From Ruditapes philippinarum (taxonomy: Eukaryota), in NCBI RefSeq assembly GCF_026571515.1, contig NW_026852935.1, positions 62,001-126,000 on the forward strand: a DNA stretch of 64,000 nt, read 5' to 3'. The position numbers and the translations under genes were made by a program. How positions within the stretch are numbered: the first letter of the stretch is position 1; every line of letters begins with the position of its first letter. Shown here piece after piece: positions 12,499 through 24,660 of the stretch. The notes beneath the pieces are model-generated. The model did not search any database, had not been told where the DNA came from, and saw nothing but the letters and a program-made list of their open reading frames with translations.

Positions 12499-12662
12499 GA
12501 CACTCTGCTAATATAGGTATTGCTGTGCTTGCACTGATTCAGCTGGTGACAGTCATCTGTTTGGCAGTTCTGTGGAGAAAAATGATAAAAGTTCAAGTTC
12601 CAAACGAAAATATTCAAGCACCAACAAAAACAAACAATAACTTACAAACAACCGCAAAATAA
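12499..12662 (+). CDS. Terminal coding exon: transmembrane helix and cytoplasmic tail
   Basis: atctttcag|GA CAC... in phase 1 gives GHSANIGIAVLALIQLVTVICLAVLWRKMIKVQVPNENIQAPTKTNNNLQTTAK*. A ~21-aa hydrophobic stretch is followed by a WRK basic stop-transfer. The phase matches the donor at 11505/11506. Confidence 0.75.
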
Positions 12663-13043
12663 AAATGACAGATGTTCTGCATTGATGGATGTATGCGGCA
12701 ACAGTGTTAGTTTAAGATTTTGTGGCTTTTACTGTCTTTGAATTAGTGTGACACATTGACGCGTTCGAGATTTCTATGTTATAATCTAATAGTTTCTGCT
12801 ATGCACTTATGCCATTAAGCAATTTTATACAATACAAACCATTTTATTTTTTGTACTTTCTTTATGATTTATACGAAGTTTAGTTAAGTCATTGTAATAC
12901 ATTACGCTTTCTTTTCTCATACATATTTCACTTTTGGTATGAAGTATTTTTAATTGACATTATCACATCTTCATTTTTGTTTAATTCCATGTATGGATTG
13001 ATATGATTGATAGATCCCTTCTCTGACCTTTTATTTGAATAAC

Positions 13044-13049
13044 AATAAA
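13044..13049 (+). promoter_or_regulatory. Candidate polyadenylation signal for the coiled-coil/TM gene
   Basis: AATAAA about 380 nt after the stop codon, at the end of a U-rich 3' UTR-like tract. Confidence 0.4.
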
Positions 13050-15037
13050 TTTAACCATAGACATTGACATGTGCTCTTATGTTAACAAATATGTTGTGGT
13101 ATCCACTAATCTGACAATTATAATTAAACAGGTCAGGGATCTAAGTAAATAGTAATTTTAAAATGCTAGAAATGAACAATAACAAAACAATAAGGGTTTC
13201 GTAATTATATTTGCTGAAACAAATGTTATAACATCATTCGTGCTTACTAAATATTATTTGATTATTCTTAAAATCACAATACTATTTTTGAAGTACACTA
13301 TGTTAAAAACCATTAGTATTTGTTTTTGAATTATTTAAACCCTAATTTGCAATTAATAAGCATTTTATATTTTGTTCTCGGAGCAGGATAAAGTAAAATT
13401 CATTTAAACGTTAAGCCTTTGACTTTTCATGTACAAAGTGTACCCTTCAATGCATGCTTGTAAAAATATAAGTAAACACGACACAGTTTATTTAAGCATA
13501 AGGTATGACAGTATGATGGTGACAACAGGTGCCATACACGAATTCATTTTGTAGTATTTAGTTTTGAATCCTCATATTCTATGATAAAACAGAAAAAAGA
13601 CGTTGCACTAATCATCACCGGGTTCATGTTATAAACGGTTTAAATTCATCGATCGTAAAAGAATTTTGCTGCCAGTACGGACCAAAAAATCTAGCTTGAG
13701 AGTAACAGTTAACGGCAGTAACAAGGCTCAATCGAGTTTCCGCAAAACAGTTTCAAACAGTAAGTTATCCATCCGCGGTAAGATTCATTTCCTCGCCAAG
13801 AATTTTCGGTTAAAAATAAATAAAATTAATATTTCTATTTAGCATTTATTATTGATGCAGTGTATGAATTTAAAACTTCATTTATAAAAGCGAAAAAACG
13901 CCATCCTAACATAAATAGCACGCGCCAATAGAATAGTAGCATTCAAAACACAAATGTTGTCTTACAAGGGGATGGAGCATTGTTTGCCAGGTTTTTCTAA
14001 CACTGGTGTAAACAGCTGAAATTCCTGTCTGATATGTAATAAATATAAACCGTATACAATAGCTTAAAAATAAAACACACATACATGACATAGAAATGAA
14101 CAATATTGATTGACAAACAAACACAAATGAATTTTATATAATATCTGTTTAACACGCAATATTAATTAATGAAAAGGGAACTAATTCATGGTGCTCCTGC
14201 TGAAACGAAATGCTGTAAGCCCAGTTTAATTATTAGTCAACACCAAGGTGGTTGTTTCATTTAGACATGAAGCAATTTTGAATGAATCCCAAATGATATT
14301 TAGTCATAGGAGAAACGCTATTAATATAGAAATACCGTCTTGACAGTCTGTAGAAACGTGTTACGAAACAGATTTGTTATTCCAAACACCTATAGTTGGC
14401 TGTCACACGCTTTCTGTTACTTGCGGACATTACGCAGCTTTTCATAGCATGGCACGAAAGTGTCACATTGAAAGTTCTATAATAACCGCAGTATGTATAC
14501 ATCTGCGGATGTTTCTAAATTCAAAATTCCACCATTTTCATGCTTAAATGTTGAATTCTGCTTAAGCCAGTGTCAGGGGCGTGGACGGTAGTTTGCACTT
14601 GACAGTACCGTCTATGAACAGGCTCAATCAAACCAAGCCTTCAACAGTTTCAATTTTGCCTTTTGCACTTTCTTTAAGGTTTCCTTTTTTTCTCTATTTC
14701 TGAGTAATAACATGCCTAGGCAATACCATGTTTCCTTAAAATATGAGATGGCAATGAATTAATCATTGTTTCTTTACAGTTTTAAGTCACAGAAACAAGT
14801 AGTTTGTAGTTTGTTAAGTAGTTTGTTGACTTCAAGCTTTAATGCTGGATGAAAACCTCGTAGTAAAACATATTACAACAGGCCGATATATTTTTACAGA
14901 TGCCAAATCATTGACCAACATTGGAAATTTAATATTGTCTGAGTCGAGATCTGCTTACGAATTGTTGACCATTGCCTTTGATGTAATGTTTATGTTATAA
15001 AATTTTATTTTTAAACTAATATTTACTTCGAAAAATG

Positions 15038-15290
15038 TGGGCGTCCGTGGCCGATGCTTAAGGTCGTTGATATCAAACCACTTGCACTGTTGGATCGAAT
15101 CCTGCATGGGACTTTGGATTCGTTTATGTGTGGAAGCTATCCATCTAGCTTATGGACCGTCGATGGTTCGTTCTACTCAGACACCCGCTCGTGCCTAAAT
15201 ACTGCACACAAGGACACCGAGGTATTCCTCCACTAGAACAGCTGGGAAGTCATCATTTTACTTATATTGTGTTGGTACGAACTGTGAGTA
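15038..15290 (+). mobile_element. tRNA-derived SINE with Nin/Deu-type central domain (degenerate)
   Basis: A-box-like gtggccgatgcttaagg and B-box-like ggatcgaatcc. Core gaagctatccatctagcttatggaccgtcgatggtt...cccgctcgtgcc...ttcctccac. Tail gtcatcattttacttatattgtgttggtacga. Confidence 0.85.
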
Positions 15291-15885
15291 GAGCCGGTCA
15301 TGTATTATTTAACACTGGACTATATAATGGCTGAAATATCTGATAACTATAGTGAAATCCATGGTTTCCGTCAGATATATTGCTTTTTAAATTAACAAAG
15401 ATGACGGTGTCAGTTCATAGCAATGTTCACTTATTTCAGCTTTGAAGTAAGTATTGCACTGAAATATAGATGATTTAGTAAGATTAGCGTAAAGACATAT
15501 TAATGATTAATTAATTATACTGAAATCAGACTTGTCAATCGTAAAACCTTTTGTGTAAGTGCTTAATTCCTAGTAAAGAAGCAATTAAATAACAAAATAA
15601 CTAACTAATTACACAAATTTACAGGGTACACTGTAGACTTTTTTATTCTTCTTTCAGAAATAGCTGAAACTATTTTTATCATATCAAGCATTTATAGCGA
15701 TACCAGAAAATTGCTGTCTGTCTCAGACATTTGATTCCGTTATAAGTAGTCTTATCAGACTAATGTTGCTGTTATCTTACGTAATACTTTATCAATTTAT
15801 ATTTTTAGGTTAGAGAAACATCTTAACGGTATGTAATTGTCCCACTTGAAGCATGTAATAGGATAAAAAGGACGATGATACTGCG

Positions 15886-16232
15886 CAGCTGACACTATCA
15901 AATGTGTCAAGTAGCATAAATAATTCAGTTGAGGCCATAAAATGCTCAAGTAGCAAGATTTTCACGTCTGACATCGTATAATATGTCAAGTAGCAAGAAT
16001 CACTCAGTTGACACCATAAAATGCGTCATGTAGCATGAAGTACTCATTGTAAACCATAAAATGTGTCAAGTAGCCTGATTTACTCGGTTGACACCATAAA
16101 TGTGTCAAGTAGTAAGATTTACGCAGTTGAGACCATAAAATGTGTCAAGTAGCATGATTTATTCTTTTGACACCATAAAATATATCAAGTAGAACGACTA
16201 ACTCTTTTTGACACTATAAAATGTGTCATGTA
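15886..16232. repeat. 40-bp minisatellite, 9 copies, each with palindrome TTGACAC-N8-GTGTCAA
   Basis: Consensus ttgacaccataaaatgtgtcaagtagcatgatttactcag at about 15889, 15929, 15968, 16008, 16048, 16088, 16127, 16168 and 16208. Confidence 0.9.
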
Positions 16233-19200
16233 ATATTTAAATAGAAAATGATACATGTACAGCACAAACTCTCTCAAAGTTGAACAATTCCGTTGAAAGT
16301 AATATGACTTCTTAAGTAGTGATTCTAGATATAACAAAACGCTTTGAATATTTTGAAAAGAGTGAACTTTAATGAGACATTGAAATGCTACATGTATGTC
16401 AAATTAATGTAAAATGAAAGAATAATAGGAAATTAAGAATACATCGTTGACTTCAAAGAAAATAAATCAAATTTATGCAAATTTAAGACGCTGAATTTAT
16501 AATACCTGACATGTTTGAACTCATATTATATAAGTTTTCCTTTCACATTAGAATACAAAGTAGTAATATATTATAATGTTTCGTCGGATAAAAGGAGTGA
16601 AGTCAACAGCAAATGTTAGTATAAAATATGCTTTATTTTACAAAAGCAAAAAGTTATGGACCCAAACTGAACAAGTAAAGTCAATATGAATTTCATCGTC
16701 AATAATCATTATGGTAACATTTGTAAGACACTCACATTCTTGAACTTTCCTAAATTTAGACATTTTACTAACAGCCGACTGCCATAATGTACTAAGATGG
16801 TTTACAGGATTGATTTAAGTACAAAACAGCATATATTCTTCAATACGTTAAATTTCTTTACAAACAGAAACAAATATTTCTTGTTATATCGATAAAAAAT
16901 ATTTCCTGACAAAGTGTTTTCTGTAATGGTGGTTTCAAAATAAAAATAACCGTATTTCAAACGTTTGACATGTAAACGAAAGATAAAAACATAGTAACTT
17001 ATTGTCATAAGACTTTTCTTTGATAAGATTATGAAAAATAAGATATAAATCGCATGGAAATTGGATGAAAATAAGTACACGGTATTAAAAAATTACATGG
17101 ATACCAATGGCTGTCAAAGACAGAAGGTATATTTGATAACCTTGGCTGACGAAAGAAATTTTTTTTTAACCCAGTCAGGCGGAGGGAAACAAAAATTCAT
17201 TGCTTGTTACAATCACATTTGTATACATTTTCATTAAAGTTTCTAAGAGTGAAAATCGATTGGAAATTGAATATACTGAACTTATTATCATTTATGTATA
17301 CCTAGGGATTATCTCCATTTAGACAAAAGATAATTGTAATAATTTCAACATTTATGAAGAGTTCTGAGCAAATCACCCTGTAAAAAGAAAAGATAATGTA
17401 CTTATATATACAAACTGTTCAGTTTTTCCTGAAACAACAAAATGTATACGGGCGTTTTAATTAATACATGAGGTTTAAAATATAAAAAGTAAAACGCAAA
17501 GCATCAATATTTAGAATGTCATAAATACATCTCAACCTTAATATCAAAGAAACGTGTGAAAATACACTCAAAAGCACATATTGCACCGGGACAACTGCCG
17601 ACAAAACTTTAGGAGCTCATAAAATTAATAAGTGTATCTAATTTTATCTGTTACGAACATCAAGGCATTTAATTAGCTTTCATCAATCTTAACACCATAT
17701 CTGATTGGATGCCATGCGGGTGGTGTCTACGCGTAATTAATGATTTGAGACGCAGTCAAAACATCATACTTGATGATCCTGTAACACAATTTTTTATGGT
17801 TTTATATCATAAAGCTGATGCTCAAATCAAGATTTATCAATTTTGTAAGTTCCAAAAAGCGTTATTTATAAAGATATTACCGAATTTAACATTTTATGTA
17901 AATAAAGAGAGGTAATAAAAAAAATTTCTATAAAGTCTAAGTCAAATTTTTCAATAAAAATTAAATGAATAAATTTTAATGATTACATATAATATGTACA
18001 AATATTTGCAGTGCTTTAGTTGAATAGTACTAAGTCACGGATTTCTCTCAATAAACCCTTCAGTGCTACTTAACTTGACAGTTCTGTACACAAAGAAATA
18101 AAAGCAAAAAAACATTCAATGTTTTTAAGCCGAGGTTAAATAAAATTTTAGATTTCGTAAACTGTCTCCTATAAAATTCAATTTTTCAAGAACAAAAAAG
18201 ATGATGATAAAGTGGACCATTTCCCTCAGCTGTTTATTTTCAAATAAGATAAACAAAATCATAAAATTAATATGATATTTCGGGGGTAAAATAATTCTAT
18301 ATATAAAAAAAAATAACTTTAAAGTTCGAAATTTATGTTTAATTTAATTCAATCAATGATAAAATGTAAAATTTCAATGAACAATAGGAGAGGGGAACTT
18401 GCAAGCAACACATCTATGAACGTATTAAAAATCTTCAACACATTGATACAAGTCACAATCATGAACACACCCACACAACTCGTATTTGGAAACAATAATG
18501 TCAAATATATGAGTATATTTGTCATATAAATAAAACATAACCCCAATTTTTGCCAGACTGAAATCTATTGAAAACCAAATGGAAAAAATACATTAACTAA
18601 CAGCAATCTTGAAATGAATCTACAGAGATAAACATCCCTTCCCCTCACCATTACTCTACAAAAATATGATATTTCAAAGGAAAGGCACTTGACCGTTATC
18701 CTTTCACAATCGAACTTATGCAATGGAAATTAAAGCATGACAAGCCTACAAAAGTAAGTTTTATACGATTTAAATGGTATTTTAAAAGAAAATAAGAAAA
18801 TGCACTAAAGGACACTAAAACGCGTAATGTTCTAGACAATTATCTTCCCTACCACAGCATTAGCAATAACAATAAATCATTTAAATACAAAGCATACATT
18901 TTATTGCTTACAAGATTTATTGCTTTTTATTGTCAACTTAATGAAAATTCTTCTAGCGTGTTCGGGATATTGTCTGTTCTTTGTCACAAGACATTGATGG
19001 ATGATAACATATAGAATTTTATATCCACATTGACATTGTTGAAAGAATGAGTTCAGCTTAAGTAGTTTAACATACTCAACTATGATTTACTTACGGTCTT
19101 TAAAGTGCTAATGTGTTAGTAAATATGGTGTTCCGATCTATAGACAGATCCCTGTACACTTCACTTGTATATATACAAGATATGATAAAATAAAAAATAA

Positions 19201-21796
19201 TCAAATACTCAAACTATCCGATATGTACAGTATTTTGGGAAAGTAATAATGTAAGGAATTGGTTTGCATTGTTTGGCCTTAAATGAATGTATTAGTTTAT
19301 TTATTTGTGGCTATTGTAAACGTCAATGATTAATATAGGAACAACCAGTTTAATGTACATGTACATTTATCTTAGATGGAGACCGATGTTGGAAAATATT
19401 TTATAATATAATGAATTTTCACATGCAAAATACGTAAATTTTAATTTACACAGGAAATAATAAGTAAAAATTACCACTTGAAAACCATAAGGCAGAATGG
19501 ATTCTCTCGAAAAAAAGACAACATAAAGTAAATCGAACATGAGTAAAATCTTTGTTGGCCTTCCATAATAAACATTTCATTTTGTTTCAGTCTAATTCAA
19601 TATCTGACTATCACATGTTTTCATCGCTCATTATGGATATTCCCCTCTTGAAATACTCATATGTGTATGCACAACTCCAAAGATAAACTTGCAAAAAACT
19701 TATCTGATTATGTCTCTATGTGTCTTTAAAATTTCATTAGTCGATTTCCGGCGCAAAAAGACAAATCAACAACTTAATGCCACGTGCCGAGACAAATAAA
19801 GTAGCTTTTTATCATTGCTGTTGAACAAAAATGTGGAGCAGATTTTATCTAAACTTGGCATACAAACATGACCGATGCCTAAATAGACGAGTAAATTCGT
19901 CTCATTTGTTATAAACTGGTATTATTCACGAACGATCCCATATGTACAATTTGTGAGGAAACAAATGATTCTAGGTATTAAAGTTTACATTCTCCTGCCT
20001 AAAATAAATGTATTTGTGTATTTATCTATTGCTATTGTAAACAATGATTTATATGAGATCAACCAGTTTAATGACAAGTAGAAAAAAGAAGTTTATTAAA
20101 GTTTTAGTTGTTAATGAAAAAAAATATTGCAAAGAGAGAGAGGGCAATCTTATTGGATTCAGCTATTTTGTATCTCATACACTTAGTAAAATTAAAGGCA
20201 TTTATATTCTAATATGATAAATAATATCACCGAATACATAAAGACAAAGGAAGAGGGTAAATTTTAGGTAACTTATTTGGCATTGATAACACAAAAATTT
20301 TTTTTTTATGTATCGAATTGATGGAGAACGTTCGAGAGCAAACGATTAACAAGTTACTGTGATAATGTTCCATTCTTATGTGTGAAACAATTGCAGCTAT
20401 TCCCATATATTTGGGATTTTGTTAAATCAAGAAAGGAATTATCATATACTTTTAGACATGTGAAGTTCTATATTAAATGCAGGTGTGTCGTGTAATTGAT
20501 TTGACACTAACGCTGAACTAGGTTATGCAATTTTAATGAAAATGGAAACCTTAAAGATAAAAGTCACATAACACGGTACTTCACTACATCTAGAAAATGT
20601 CTAAGTGCCAAGTGCCGAGACAAAATAAAGTAGATTTTGGCGTTGCTGGAGAATAAAACTCACGGGAGCAGATTTCCTTGAACGTTGCCAAACAAACAAG
20701 ACTAATGTCTTAATATACGAGTTAATTATCTGTTTTGTCATCTCGTTAGTTCTGAACGGCTATTATTTACGGGAAATCCCAAATGTACAATTTGCCTAGA
20801 AACTAATGATGTAGGGAATTAAAATGCACATTGTTGTAAAAATTTCATGTCTTACTGTGTTTATTTGTTAAGTGATCTGAAGATTTATAAAAGATGAAAC
20901 GGATTTCATTAAAGTAATTGAAAAAAAGTAAGATATATTACAGCTTCAGTTTAAAACACTCAAATTCAAAAGAGCATCCGATTTCCATCACTAGTTACAA
21001 TCATTTTGGATACGCATCTTTTCCATTAAAATAGATTGCATCGAAACCACTAGATAATGGATAATAAAAATATTCTCCAAAGAAAAATAATTTTTCAGAA
21101 TTATTATTCTTCATTACAGACAAATGAATAGTTTGAATTCATACCATATTTAGCATTAAAAACACATACGATATATTTTATGTAAATTGTTGGAGCTACA
21201 CTTTTGAATGTTTAAAACCCCTTCAAAAGTAATATAATTATTAACAAGTGTTTCGGATGTTAAATAATTACAACTTATCCCATATATTTCACAATTGTGA
21301 GTGTGTGTGCTTTGTTTTTTTAAATAATTAAAGAAAGATCTTTGTTAACTTGTGAAGTTCTTATTAAAAGCAGGTGTATTGTACTATTTATGTGACACAA
21401 ACGCTGAACTAGGTTTGCATTTTTAATGAAAACGTAAACGTGAAAGATCGCCCAACACGAGTAACTAACTGATAATGTTGAAAATTTTCGGTCATCATGT
21501 ACAGTAACATTACACTGGATTTCCATTCATCTTCAAAGTTACAGTTTTATGATCCAGCCAGTGAACATTATTATGGTTAATTTTAGGAAAATGAAAACCT
21601 AAACGCAGTTTTATCTGACTTGCAATATGCTATTTGATAAATGACATTGTCTTATTTATTAGACAGAAATTGTATCGATAGCTTTAACATTATGTGAAAA
21701 GTAGGCCATGCTAGCGTGAAAATTAAGAAATTATTGGAACACGTGCGTTACCAGCGAGTGAAATCTCATAGATTTTTCGAAGTCCATAGCATGAAT

Positions 21797-21878
21797 CATC
21801 GTCGGATACCCACGATTGATAAACATGTTACATAACATGCAATCATGTTAATGGTTCGGCCGTGGGTATCCGACGATG
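21797..21878. mobile_element. 82-bp miniature inverted-repeat element with 9-bp TSD
   Basis: Perfect 18-bp TIR CATCGTCGGATACCCACG / CGTGGGTATCCGACGATG. TSD AGCATGAAT at 21788-21796 and 21879-21887. Paralogous sites (31501, 53339) have a single agcatgagt. Confidence 0.9.
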
Positions 21879-22239
21879 AGCATGAATCGGAAGTATCAAA
21901 ACGTTCTGAGACATTACTATATTAGCGAGTAAATCTTTAATATCAATTACCAGTGTTGCACTATCCATTTATGAACACTTTGCGTTACATTTGAAGCCTC
22001 TGTAGCCATTGTGTACAGACATACTTACTTGATGAAAAATTGATAGTAAATGTGATACAGACTACTAGTATCAAACACATATTTAAGGGAACATAACCTT
22101 ATTTGCAAGGTAGTTAATATAACTTGATAAAACATATTTTCAAATGCAATGTTTTTGTTGATTTTAAATGGAAAAAATGGCAATATACAATTATTCTACA
22201 CCATTAAAATAAAGCAATACTATTACGCACACGTAATAA

Positions 22240-22520
22240 AGACATTGAAGGACCACATAAAGGGCTACTATTTTACGAGGGTTATATATTATTAAAACGG
22301 AGGACAAAATATAGGTTAACTATTCTACGAAGGTAATATTAAGATGAAAGGACAGCATAAAGTACTCCTTTTACGCAGGTATACACGGAAAAGACAAAAT
22401 ATAGGAAAACTATTTTACAAAGGTAATATAAGGATGAAAGGACAACCTAAATGACTCATTTTTACGCAGGTATACATGAAAAAGACATGAAAAAGACATA
22501 ATTTAGGAATACTATATACA
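22240..22520. repeat. Degenerate 40-50-bp minisatellite with dimeric (~90-bp) organisation; homolog at 47090-47270
   Basis: Alternating gacaaaatatagg..actatt.tac.aaggtaatat and aaggaca...actc.ttttacgcaggtataca units. Confidence 0.7.
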
Positions 22521-23169
22521 AGAAATTGATAAACGAAAAGCATGTAAACAAAGTTACCATTTTCAACTGCAATGTGGTCAAAGAAAATACTACACAAAAT
22601 ACTGGTAAGTAGTAAAGGAGAATGCATACGATATTTGATTATAAAAAAAACAACAACAACAGAAGAAGGAAGAAGAAGAAAAAATAACAACAACAACAAC
22701 AAATAAACAAATAAAACTGCCACATAAGTTATATTCTTACATTTATAATTACATTTATAATATCTGCTCCTTCAGGACATACCTTTGAAGGGTACTGTAA
22801 AAGATTGAGATTAATCATAACTATAATAATCAAATAATTAAACGACATTTATATACTCGTACGTTAAAATTCATATATCAGATGGGATAATTTGTCACAT
22901 TTAAAATTTAATCTTTTTCTTTAATATGATAAATCCATTCTTTAGACAATAAGGCAAATATACACTTTAGATGAGAGCTGATGTACAGTCGTGATACATC
23001 TAGAATAACCAATATCACTATTTCTTAGAAAAGCGACTCAACATCCTTTCCTCTCACTTAAAATGCGACTAATCTTTTTCACATTTCATGACTTATTTCC
23101 TGCATTTCGAATATTATATCTTTTATCTTATGATAACAAACTTCATACTTTTTCCATGAAATATAACAA

Positions 23170-24658
23170 AAACAAGAGCCGGTTGAACCGGGTGATGCTC
23201 CCCGAATAGGTTTTGGACACAGGAAGGTATACCTCGTGTAATGTGAGAGTTATGTCACAGACAAAGTTCAAAGTGTAATTAAAAACAAATGTTGTGCACG
23301 ACACATTGTCTCAATATGGTGATCATTTCTGTGAAATAGTTGTAAAATCTGACTTCAAATAACAAAGTTATGAGCCAGACATGATTTTGCTGCAAGGTCA
23401 TGCTGTAATCTTAACCTTCAAGGTAGCGACCCAAATGTTTCACGCGACACGTCGATTCAATATGGTGATTATCTCTGAGAAATAGTTGTTAAATCCGACT
23501 TCAAGTAATGAAGTTATGGGCCCGAGACGATTTTGCTGCAAGGTCATGCTGAGACATTGACCTTCAAGGTAGCGACCCAAATGCTGCGCGCGTCACGTCA
23601 TCTCAATATGGTGATAATTTCTGTGAAATAGTTTTAAAATCTGACTACAAATAACGAAGTTATGGGCCGGACATGATTTTTCTGCAAGGTCATGCTGTGC
23701 CCTTGACATTCAAAGTAACGACCGAAATGTTGCGCGCAACACGTCGTCTCAATATGGTAGTCATTTCTGTGAAATAGTTTTAAAATCCGACTTCAAATAA
23801 TGAAGTTATGGACCGGACACTATTTTGCTTCAAGGACATGCTGTGACCTTGACCTTCAAAGTAGCGACCCAAATGTTGCGCGCGATACGTCGTCTAAATA
23901 TGGTGATCATTTCTGTGAAATAGTTTTAAAATCCGACTTCAAATAACAAAGTTATGGGCACGAATTCGGGACGTACGTACGGACGAACTGACGGACGAAG
24001 GACTGACTGACGGACGGACGAACAAACCGACGACTATATTCTCCAATGACCAATCACCATACCAAGTTTGAAGTTCCTAGGCCTAAGCGTTCTTTAGTTA
24101 TTGATCGGAAGCCGTTTTTACCTACAAGGTCAATATGACCTTGACCTTTGACCCCTTGACGTTAAAATCAACAGGGGTCATCTGCTGGTCATGTCCAATC
24201 ACCATACCAAGTTTGAAGTTCCTAGGCCTAAGCGTTCTTTAGTTATTGATCGGAAACCATTTTTCCCTACAAGGTCAATGTGACCTTGACCTTTGACCAC
24301 TTGACCCCAAAATCAATAGGGGTCATCTGCTGGTCATGACCAATCACCATACCAAGTTTGAATGTCCTAGGCCTAAGCGTTCTTTAGTTATTGATCGGAA
24401 ACCGTTTTTACCTACAAGGTCAATGTGACCTTGACCCCTTGACCCCAAAATCAATAGGGGTCATCTGCTGGTCATGACCAATTACCATACCAAGTTTGAA
24501 GTTCCTAGGCCTAAGCGTTCTTTAGTTATTGATCGGAAACCGAATTCGGGACGTACGTACGGACGGACTGACGGACGGACGGACAACCCGGACGGACTGA
24601 CGGACGGACGGACAACCCAGCGACTATATGCCCCCCCGAAATTTTTCGGGGAGCATAA
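23170..24658 (-). mobile_element. Composite HINE/Helentron non-autonomous element with two head modules and two different satellite arrays
   Basis: Left end aacaagagccggttgaaccgggtgatgctcccc (hairpin plus subTIR). 146-bp array at 23287, 23433, 23579, 23725, 23871. GGAC microsatellite head 23962-24044. 145-bp array at 24046, 24191, 24336, 24474. Second head 24541-24658 ends atgcccccccgaaatttttcggggagcataa. Confidence 0.9.
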
Positions 24659-24660
24659 TA

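Noticed and set aside
12663-13050. SECIS element that would recode the TGA at 12054 as selenocysteine
   Set aside because: I found no RUGAN / apical AA / NGAN stem-loop with correct spacing by eye. SECISearch is needed to exclude it formally.
15886-16232. CRISPR-like array (palindromic repeats with variable spacers)
   Set aside because: The 'spacers' are only ~13 nt and clearly homologous to each other. The context is eukaryotic and there are no cas genes. It is a minisatellite.
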